Below are positions 53,867-64,000 of a stretch of 64,000 bases of DNA, piece after piece (within the stretch, counting starts at the first letter, position 1; every line of letters starts with the position of its first letter). The stretch is taken from contig NC_058368.1 of assembly GCF_018350175.1 (NCBI RefSeq), positions 73,038,001-73,102,000 of the forward strand. The letters are read 5' to 3'. Source of the stretch: Felis catus. Taxonomy: Eukaryota. The notes beneath the pieces were generated by a model. The model did no database searches. It worked only from the letters and a program-made list of their open reading frames with translations, and had not been told where the DNA came from. Made by a program: the position numbers and the translations under genes.

Positions 53867-54813
53867 GCCCCCCCCTCACAATAACATTTAGAGAATCAAA
53901 AGTACTTCAAAACCCTCAGAAGTATTATCTAACTTGTAAATAGTCACCTCCTCACACTGTAGCGACCACTTTTTGCTTATTGATGGAGTAAAATATATTT
54001 CTTTCATTTCATATATGTGAATGGGTGGTGTCTTCTCATTTTTATAAGTGTGTCCCCTTGGACATTTTTCCCTATAGTCTGAATTTGGCAGTTCTCTTTT
54101 CCCGTTGCAGTGCCCATAAGTGCCAAGGTCAGCCCCATGGCATGGTACTAACACCACCACACCTGCTCCCCTACCAGCCCAGCCTCTGGACGCAGGAGTC
54201 CCCAACCCTGAGGTCCAGAGCAACAGCTCATCTTTGGCTCTCTGGACCCAATCAACTTTGGTTTTGTGCCAGCTACCAATTTTCCCATTAAATTCTAGTG
54301 CTGTCCCTGAATCCATCCCGAACACAGCACCGTGTTTCTCTGCATACGCAAGTCTTGGCTGTGGCGTGAACTTACGTCTGGAGTGAGTGATAGGGGACAA
54401 CCTTGAGCTAGGTCCAAGGCCACATCACCCTTCCCTAGCAGTTTCACTGCCTTGTCCCTCCCCATCCTCCCTTTAAATCACATCATTGCTCTACCCTACA
54501 CAGTTGTCACCAGCCCTAGAGACAACCTAGCAGTGGCAGAAAGCCACCCTGCCAGTGAGTACTGCTCGGTGGGCCAATCCAGACCTATATAGTTGGTAAT
54601 TGTCCTTTAGTGGAACGTATACTGTTGCAGAAATCAAATAGAAGTCATCTAACCAATAACATTCTAGAAAACAACATCATTCTTTTCTCCTCTGTATCAC
54701 TTTCACATAAAAATTTTGCCTGTCATCTTTGGGCCATGCTAATCTTCTCAAATTGTTACAATTTTAGTAAATGTGCTGCAGAAGCAAGTGCTCACAGGAA
54801 AAAAAATTTTAAC

Positions 54814-54826
54814 TTTTTTTTTTTTT

Positions 54827-54862
<36 letters not shown>

Positions 54863-55034
54863 TGGAGCATGAGCAGAGGAGGGGCAGAGAGAGAGGGAGA
54901 CACAGAATCTGAAGCAGGCTCCAGGCTCTGAGCTGTCAGCACAGAGCCCGACATGGGGTTCAAACTCATGGACCGTGAGACTAGGACCTGAGCTGAAGTC
55001 AGACGCTCAACCAACCAAGCCACCCAGGCACCCC
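54814..55034 (-). mobile_element. CAN-SINE, antisense
   Basis: gacacagaatctgaagcaggctccaggctctgagctgtcagc...cacccaggcacccc. Confidence 0.95.
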
Positions 55035-55902
55035 TTACATAAAAATTTTTAAAAATCAAAACAAAGAGAGGGTTGAAATTGAACAGTATTATTTTTTAGT
55101 AAGCTGCATGTTTTCTTGGGTCTGATTCTAAAAGCAGAAAAAACATATGCTCTTGCTAAAAAAGGTGATTGATACAGATTCTCTAACTTTTTGGCTACAA
55201 ACTATGGGAAAGTACTTACCGACTCACTAACTCAAAATAGCCTTATGAATTCCCTACATTCTTATGTGAAGTATCATTTAAAAGGTAAACTAGGCATTTT
55301 TCTTCTTTTGAAATTTATAAATTTCAGGGCATTTTATACACTGGGCTTGATCTTTTCTTCATAGCAGAGAAACCTTCTGAACCTTCTGAATATGCTAGCA
55401 AGTTCTTCAGTGTTCCACTGAGAGCCCTAAATACAGAAGGTCTGGGAGAAGAAAAGTGGGGAAGTTTGCATGGTGTTGCTAAGAGAAACCTAGTGGAGTT
55501 TATTACTTCCCTGTCTCAAGAATCCCTGTTCACCAAAATATATAAATATAAATTAAAATAGATGGATTGATAAATAAAACTTTCTAACACAAGATAATTA
55601 TCAACCACAAGCTAAAGGGCTGCACATGACATTAAGCTACGCTGGAGAAACTGAGGCCAAAATTTCAAGAACCTAATGTGAATATAGTGGGATCCTAAGA
55701 ATGAGGCTGCAAAAAAAGACAGCACTCAGAAGCCGATGGCTACAGTGCGCCTGGAAGGATTCACGTTCCCAAGCAGGTGTCTGCCCCCTCACTCTGGTTC
55801 TGACCACCATGATCAGCCACCCCTCCTGCTGTCCACTCGGGCTTTTCTGGCCACAACCTGGAAGCACTTGAAAGAGGAGAGAAATGCTTCAGAGTCGCTG
55901 CA

Positions 55903-55930
55903 ATGACTCAGCACATTAATGCTGACTCCA
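55903..55930. promoter_or_regulatory. Candidate ARE/MARE (NRF2-sMAF/AP-1) motif with an inverted second half-site
   Basis: ATGACTCAGCA-cattaa-TGCTGACTCCA; motif match only. Confidence 0.35.
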
Positions 55931-56636
55931 CGGTTATCTGATTTGGAGCCAGCCTGGCTTGTGACCCCGGGTCACCCAATCCCACCCACTGCAGACTGAC
56001 CAGCTGGCCATACCTGGTGTAAAACTTGTTCTTTGGGCTTGCGTCTCATGAGTTCGCATGAATCAGTGCTCAATACTAAACTAGCCTTCCTGGTTTTTTT
56101 AAGCCTGTTGTCACACCAGAGATTCATGGATAGGTTTTGAAAATGGCTTGATAATATTCCACTAATGGCTCTACATTTTGTGGGGCTGTTCTGTTGTTAA
56201 TAAAAGGTCTGTTTTCCATGAGTTCAAATTAACTGACAACAACTAAGGGAGTTTAAAAGAAGTCAAATTTTACCTGCCAAACATTTCCTACTATATGCTC
56301 CAGAGCAAAATAAATATGGAAATTTCTATGTGTTTTCAAAGCAGAAGATTCAAACATATTATTCTTCTTGAGGGTAAATCTTTCACCCTATTATCTTCCA
56401 GAATTTCAAATGTAACAGGAAAATGTGAGATCAGTATCCTAAACCACTTCCACAGGTAAGATCATATTACTATTTTTTTAAAGGATTAGCATGTCAGCTT
56501 GTTCTGGGTTTTCATATATAGAGTATTCACTACAGTGTCAACTACATGCTAAGTACTCAATAGACAAGAATTCTGAGCTTTTCCTTTAAGGTGTGGGTAA
56601 GACTTTGTGATTTCCAAGACAAAAGTTAGCAAAACA

Positions 56637-56836
56637 GGGGCTCCTGGGTGGCTCAGCTGGTTGAGACTTCGGCCTAGGTCATGATCTCGCTGTTCCTGAG
56701 CTCGACCCCTGCATCAGGCTCTGTGCTGACGGCTCGGAGCCTGGATCCTGTTTCACATTCTGGGTCTCCTTCTCTTTCTCTGTCCCTCCTCAACTCACAC
56801 TCTGTCTCTCCCTCTCAAAACTAAATAAACATTAAA
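56637..56836 (+). mobile_element. CAN-SINE with perfect 16-bp TSD
   Basis: TSD aaaagttagcaaaaca at 56621-56636 and 56837-56852. Confidence 0.97.
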
Positions 56837-58391
56837 AAAAGTTAGCAAAACATACACCAGATAGAAGAGATCACTGTAGCTACAGCAGTGGCTTGAGACT
56901 CAGCAGGATAAGAAACATCTCTATAAGAACACATTTTTTAAAGCATAGCATCAACCAATACAATGAATGGCAGGGCAGGTAGAGTGCAAGACCACAGTGA
57001 AAACCCAGTGTGGTTCTGGCATCTCTTAGGAACACAGCAGGCCACAGCAACGGCTCTGGTTTCTTTGGAGGACATGTGTGACTTTGGCCCTCTCTGGGAG
57101 ATTGAGCTCACAGCGCTTTGAGCAGGAGTCACAGACATCAGAGGCACATGGAATGTACTCATCAGGCTGAGATGAAAATGACCTTTGCCCAGGGCCAGCC
57201 CTTTGCTCATGGTCTTTCCGGGGTCAGCAAATAAGAGAGGCAGTTTTTCAGGCAATAGGAAAAGAATCCACACATTGCTGTCCCCTGCCAACCCCACTTT
57301 TCCATCCACAAACCCCTGTCAACAGGCTCCATGTTTCTTCCTCCAGAAGACGCTGCAGGTGGGAGGTCAGGTGTTCAAAACCACTTCAGAAGGCTCCCTC
57401 TTCTCTGCTGTGACATTTTCTGGCATCCTGTCAGCTGGCTACTGAGTCTTCGGCGTTCACTTTGTACAATGAATTAATGTATAAGAAACTTGCTGATGTT
57501 TGCAGGCTCAGCACTCTTAATATTAGAAAATGACAAAACTTACTTATTGAATTTGTTTTTTTAATTGTCCTCCTTTGGATAAGGGAACCTTCCATGCCTT
57601 CCATGCGCCTTGTTACTACCGCAAGGACTAAATTCATCCTGACTGGCCTCTTCCCATAAAGGGCCAGAGCAAAAGCAAATGTACGTGCGCGTATCATATC
57701 ATGATTCTCCGGGAAGGGGACTGCTTACCTCCAGGGGTGTAGATGGCTGGCATCTGAATGAAATCAAACACTGAAGAAAAATGCCACTTGAGGCAAGAGA
57801 AGAGAAGGGGCACAAGGCCTCTGGGGTGGTATCTATAATGTGCTGCTGAATTTCACATGACTTTCATGAACCACGAACTGCATGCTTTACAATATTTTCC
57901 CAAGGCATTCTTTTCTAACAAGCCTCATTTTGTTTTGCATCCTTTTTGCTGTATAATATGCAAAAGAAAGAAAAGCACAATCGCTGGAAGTTCCGTCCCT
58001 GGGATTTGAAGTGCCCTCACTTGCATGCTGAGAAGGGTTATAATGAATATTTTTGGCATCAGCTGCTGAGAGCAGCTTGGTACTAGCAGCACTTGATTCA
58101 AAATGTCATATGATACAATAATACACAAATTGAGTGCACAGAGGGGGGAAAAACATCATGCAACCTGTCATAGGTACAGCAATTTCTCGTGAGTATTCAA
58201 GGAGACAGAGGTAGAAGTAGAAACGTGAAATCTGAAAAAAATAAACAGTCAACATCCACAAAGGCTAGAAAAAACATTGTTAACAAATGGAACATAGCAA
58301 TTTTTGCGTAATTGTAATACCAGTGGTTTCTTTAGTCAAAACCATAGAATTCATTTATGAATGATCTGGTACAATTCAAGTGCTAAAGTCA

Positions 58392-58522
58392 GGGGCGCCT
58401 GGGTGGCTCAGTCAGTTAGGCATCTGACTCTTGATTTTCGCTCAGGTCATGATCTCACGGTTTGTGGGTTCAAGCCCCTGTTTGGGATCCTCTTCTTCCC
58501 TCTCTGACACTCCACTGCTCAT

Positions 58523-58605
<83 letters not shown>

Positions 58606-58620
58606 TAAACTTAAAAAAAA
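58392..58620 (+). mobile_element. CAN-SINE, internally deleted, with (CT)n(CA)n expansion
   Basis: ggggcgcctgggtggctcagtcagttagg head. Confidence 0.93.
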
Positions 58621-61309
58621 TTACTGAAGTCAATGAGAAAGCATATCTACTTAATATAATCAAATACATTTCCTATTAATTTTTAATAACTGGTTTTCTT
58701 AAAATAGCAGCCCTTTTCTCCACTGCTTAATTTTTGTTTTCAACTGGTCTTTCTTCAGAGGCAGATTTAAAAAACAAACAAACAAAAACAAAGCAAAAAA
58801 CCCTACCTATTCCTGAATACAATTTGGGTAACTATTAGAACTGCCTTATCTAAAAAATGCCTAAATATTGGCTATGAATTACCTAATAGCAACTTTAAAA
58901 ATACATTCCAAATACATTCCAAATATTAATTTCAAAGACATTCCTTGAACACCATGGTGTCCCCTTGTCTCGTACTTTCTCATTTGTGTTTGGACATTTG
59001 GATAGTTACCATGTTAGCCATTCCTCTCTTTATTTCCAGTGTTTTTCTAATTGTTCGGCTACTTCTGTTCCTTGCGTCAATTAGTGACATCTTCCCAAAT
59101 TAATTTTTGTTTCATATTTATTATATCGACTACCTTTGTCCAAGTGCTGGCTCCCCAAACCAGTTGTTTTATTCAGTGTAGTTACTTCCTCCCTCTGTGC
59201 CTCAGTCCCCTTGTCCTCGTAAGGCTTCGGTGAGGACTGATGAGTTAGGGGGGCTCTTAGGACTGCATCTCGTGCATAGGGAGCTCTGTGTTCCTATTCC
59301 CATCTTGAAAGTGGAATTTTTTTAAATGTGAATACATATTATTAAAAGTATTTTAATATATCATTTTTTATTTGTTTCTCCCCCATGGGTCTACAGATTA
59401 CTTCCGTTTAGGTCATTGGTTCGATTATTTTAAGTTGGCCATCTGTAGAATTTTAAAACAAGGAAGAATCCTAAAAATCATGTTTTCCAACTTTCGTTTA
59501 CTATAGTAGGTTCCTAGTCATCATGATTATTGTCATCAGGCTTTTGTTAAACAACTAATTACACTACTCAGGGACTCTGATGCCACTAAAGTGCATTTGT
59601 CATCTAAGCTTTGGGCCTGGAGATGTCCTTGAGAGTATCGACTAATTCAATCTGTCCTTCTGATTCATTGTTTTCATAGCATAAATCTTCACCACATACT
59701 GCACTGGGATAACTAGTCATGGTATAGGTAGGAAGGATTCCTGTAGGCTTTCCTCACCCTTATGCAGACTTCATTCATTCTTTTCCTTTGACTGTCCAGC
59801 CCAGCGTGGCTTATAACCCATTTGCACAATTACCATGCACTGGATCCTGAAACCACCTTTCTGAAGGTAGGGGCAAGGCAGCTATAACTGCCTTTTCCTC
59901 CTCTTGCAGGAAACTGGGAGTCAAAGGTTAGGATCATGCCCAGGGGCAGAGAATTAGATGTGCCACAGGGATCTGTAAAACCCAGGCCTTAGGATTTCCC
60001 TTCGTAACATGTTTTTACAGTGCATGCTATTTCTCCCCAGATGTGTCACTACCACATCAGCAGAAGCAAATATCTTCTGCTGTGAGGGGGCAGAAGTGAG
60101 GGGCAGAGAACCAAAACAACGTAGAAATGGAAAAATAATGCCTGATTGGGCAGTAAGCCATTCACTCATTCAGCGGTTTAAGGTTAAGTTCACACTGGGG
60201 CTGTCTATACGATGTAGATATTGGGGCAACAGATGATTGAGTTCCATATTCAGCCAAGATGCGATTGAAAAAGAAAGTCCTTTGGGGTTATAGAAGAGAA
60301 AACCTACAAAGAATTGGCCTCGACCTCATCTGCCTATAGACAATGTAGGTGTTAAGTTTAAACTGTTGGGACTATGCTTTTTGTTCTTTACTGAGGGTTA
60401 GGAAACGATTATTGCGTAAATAAGGTAAATGAGTGTCATTTCTAAAATGAAATGTTTTCACATTCTTATCACAAAAATTTCAGTAAAAGGAAGTCTGTGT
60501 AATATCCTCATGATATCTCCAGGCCCACAAAGGCAACAGATGGCCTCTGGGTTTTAGAGATCTCTTTGTGTTCTATATTAAAATGTTTCCAAAAGATTGA
60601 CATAGTGTAAGAGTCTGATTCCTTATTAAAAGATTTATTCTCAGGTTTTGTATGACTTCTACGAAGTATGAGATATGAGCCATTGTGGTTTGTGGCTTAG
60701 GTTGATGGCACAAACCTTTTCCCTACACCATACCGGAATTACTTTCCATCTCCCTACACCATATTGGAATTATTTGGTCTGCAAATAGGGCAGTGATTAG
60801 TTGCCAGGTCAATGATTAGTTGGCCTGGTCATCCACTGATATGCTGCAAGGTGATTATCAAGTACATTTTTGCTAAAAGGACTCAAGAGCAGAAAAATGT
60901 TTAACTGCCATAAATTCTAACTGCAGGATGAAACAAAACTGAACAAAGGAATGGTAAATTTAGTCTCGAGCTTAGAACCCTGAAGCATACAACTGCAGAA
61001 GCACAAGTGTGTGACCGTGGCACGCCATTTTCCTTCCAAACCACTGCCAAAAACAGCCTTGGAGCCTGTGTTTCCTTCAGTCAGATACTAATACTAAAGC
61101 TCAAGAAATATAAAACAAGACAGCAAAATGGGAATTCAGTAGGAGTGCTGAGATGTCAGGAGTGCTGACATTAAGTGTATTTCTTTGGCTAGTCACAAAA
61201 TCCTCATCAAGAGGCCAAACTGTCTAATTCTATCATGAGGAGGACATGGATGAAAGAACTTAACTACTGCACATATTCCCATTTCAATATGGTAAACCAT
61301 CTGAGTATA

Positions 61310-61890
61310 ACAATCACCAGAGGCAATGGGGAGAAGTCTGACTACTAACTGGGCCAGGTGATGAAGGTCAACATTGACAGCATTACTTCATATTGGTAAG
61401 TATTGATAGGTACCCTGCATACGATGTGATGAAAATGACACCTTACATCTGAAACCTTCCTCCCCAAAACCCATAATCCTAGGCTAAACATGAGGAAAAT
61501 GTCAGATAAACCCAAATTAAGGAACACGCTACAAAACATTTGACCAGTGTCCCTCAAAACTGTCAAGGCTATCAAAAATGAGGAAAGTTTCCCAAACTGC
61601 CCCAGTGTAGACAAGTCTGAGGGGACAGGATTAGCAAATGTGATGTGGTATCCTGGATGGGATCCAATTACAGAAAAAGAACCATAGGTAAAAACTAATA
61701 ATATCCTAATAAAATACAGACTTGTATTAATAATAATGTATCAATATTAATTAATTGTCACAAAGGTACCACACTGATGAGATTCTAATAGGGAAAACAA
61801 GGGTATGGGGAACCCCCTGTATTACCTTTGTGACTCTTCTGTAAATCTAAAACTATTCTGAAATAAAAGTTTTCTTAAAAATAAAAAAGT
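61310..61890 (+). mobile_element. Old L1 3' end (L1MC/L1MD-like)
   Basis: ccaggtgatgaaggtcaacat...ttcctccccaaaacccataa...ctcaaaactgtcaagg...ctgtaaatctaaaactattctgaaataaaagttt. Confidence 0.85.
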
Positions 61891-62054
61891 CTCCCTTCAA
61901 TTCAACTGATATCTGTGGATCGGAATAATTCAAGTAAGCAACTATTTTTGTATTTCTTCTGCTTTACAGAGGAATGTGATGGGAGCCATGGGAAGCTGCC
62001 CGTGCAGCCGGGATGCCCTCGCAGACTGCCCATGCAATGGATATCTGCTCCCCC

Positions 62055-62590
62055 CCATACAGGCCCCCCGTTTTATTTATGCAAGTTGGCCTTGTTATTC
62101 TAATTATGTAATTTAATTATTTTTGAAATCACAAGCATAATTGCAAAAGAGAGAGTTGCTATTTCTGTGAAAAAAAATAGATTGAATGATTTGAAAAAAC
62201 TTGATAAAGGCAAATGGCTAAAAATACTCCTTTGAATATGGGTGTTCTTGTACCATAAAAGATTGGAAGAAAATGTCATGAAAATCAAGAAAGATTCTGC
62301 ACTCAGATTGCTTACATCCTTCAAGTTCTGCTCCACTTAAAGACACCAAAATTAGAAATCAGAGATCATGGGTGTGATTTCTACAAGAACTCAAATCAGT
62401 TCAACCACAATCAAAGAAACCCCATGGGGGTCAAAGTACTGGTGAATGAGCATTAACATAAAGTGAAATGTTGAAGGCACATGTGTATCATTTTTAATAA
62501 TTGCCCTGTTTTATTGCTTTTTTCATTAACTTATCTTTTCAATTAACCAATTACTACTGATCCCAACTGACTATCCAAGCCATTCTACTG
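62055..62590 (+). mobile_element. Tigger15-like (TcMar-Tigger) fossil with a decayed transposase N-terminus
   Basis: aaagagagagttgctatttctgtgaaa...cttgataaaggc...ataaaagattgg...ttctgcactcagattgct...ccaaaattagaaatc read as broken pogo/Tigger HTH-like text. Confidence 0.65.
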
Positions 62591-64000
62591 AAGATGATTT
62601 TTACTTTCATCTTTTATGCCTTAATATTTTACAGCACATTTTCAGCTTTCCTTTAACTGGTAAGTTCAGGTTTTTATTTTGCACTGTTTTATAATGAGCC
62701 CATTGCACAATTCTGTCACCTTCCCCCCCTCCCACCCGTGGACTCCAGACACAAGGGCAATTGCCTAATTATGCTGTGCTGCTCTAAGAAGCACAGTCGT
62801 TAAAGCGCCTTCTTAGGGGAATGATGTAAAAGTGCCAAGGGAAAACTAAAGACAAAATCCCCAAGAAAAAGAAGCTTATTTTTTTTAATATAAATTCAGT
62901 GTCTGGGAAAACAATATCATTTCCTCTAAGTGAGTCTGTTTTCAAAGAACTCTAAGTAAGAGTCAAGCAGAGTACTGATTAAATGTGACATGCTTCTCTC
63001 TTGGCTTCTAGATGATAAATTCTGCACCAGATGATGACACTGGATGTGAATCTGTTTCTCATATCGTGCTGAGAACAAGATCACTAAGACATACTTTACC
63101 TTTCCCAACAGAATCCATCTTTTCAACGATGGTGACAAAGCTGTTTCTTCCTACGTCAGTAGAAAACTCATTCTGATCAAAGTTGAATAGTACCAAGGGG
63201 TTAGAATTTTCTAAGTAAAAGAACAGCAAGATGCCCTAAGGACACAAAGAATGGAATTAAATGGTTATTTTCAAATTCAGCTATTCACCAAGTACATATT
63301 AAAAATTAGTGTGGTCCTGTCTGGAATATGCTTCAGAGGAGTAATTTTAAAAATAGGACGTTTGTAAGAATACAGTTGAGAAAGAAATTGAGGAGTTGAG
63401 ATGGATGCGAACTATCCCTTAGGAATATAAAGCAGTGCCGAACATCCAGAAATCAATGCTTCTTGGGATTAAGAATTGTGCAAGTTTAAAGGTTAGGATT
63501 TTCAGCACGCACATAGGTTCGGTTGGACTTTTTATATTTCCATTATGAGCACTGTTGCCATAAATACTGGCAGGCAAGTAGACAAGAGATCAAGAGGAAA
63601 ATCAAACAGGAAAAGGACTATTGAGGCTTTCTGGACTTCAACCCATGACCTCCTGTCTCTCCCAGTTTAGAGGAGGGGATGGACAGGGGAGCAGAAACTC
63701 AGTGGTAAAGACGCTGGGTGGGGGAGGGGGTTCTCCAGGAAGCAGAGCGACAGGAAGGCCAAGGTTCCTCAATTCTTTCCTCTTCTTTGCCTCCCACAAG
63801 AATTAACCTTGAGACTCAAAGCACAACACAAAAGGGAAAGAAGCCAATGAGATGAGCTGGGCAACATAGCAGAAGCTCCCAAAGACCGAGGGAGGTCAGA
63901 TTTTGAGAACTCATGTGCTAGAGTAACACACAATGTGAGCACCCCCCAATAACATTGTAGAACACCAGAGGGAAAATGAATCCAGAAGCCAAACACAAAA

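Noticed and set aside
53888..54400. 170-aa minus-strand ORF
   Set aside because: Non-ATG start and no recognisable homology; length is compatible with chance in 64 kb.
56435..56461. CACAG|GTAAG recursive-splice-like motifs (also near 19270 on +, and ttttcag|gtagg near 1370 on -)
   Set aside because: A few such short motifs are expected by chance in 64 kb, they occur on both strands, and the host gene is unknown.
57682..57692. TACGTG hypoxia-response-like motif
   Set aside because: A single 6-mer, not supportable without conservation or binding data.

Overview
This is mammalian genomic DNA, almost certainly from a felid or other feliform carnivore. It carries about 20 tRNA-derived CAN-SINEs of the feliform type (SINEC_Fc-like) and carnivore-type L1 3' ends. 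The window is AT-rich, CpG-poor and repeat-rich, so it is intronic or intergenic. Older repeats include L2, MIR, L1M, MaLR LTR and hAT/Tigger DNA-transposon fossils, plus many microsatellites. I recognise no protein-coding gene; the ORF track is explained by repeats, low complexity and chance, and a few splice-site-bounded segments are reported only as hypotheses. I see no evidence of a new multi-gene system. The strongest structural finding is a probable L1-mediated 3' transduction at about 25511-26716, where the target-site duplication (TSD) lies about 230 bp beyond the L1 tail and encloses a piece of foreign DNA. Other findings are a TSD-flanked microsatellite, an L1-SINE fusion, fold-back palindromes and candidate regulatory motifs. 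Repeat subfamily names come from my recall of consensus sequences, not from a database search. Boundaries of old repeats are approximate.
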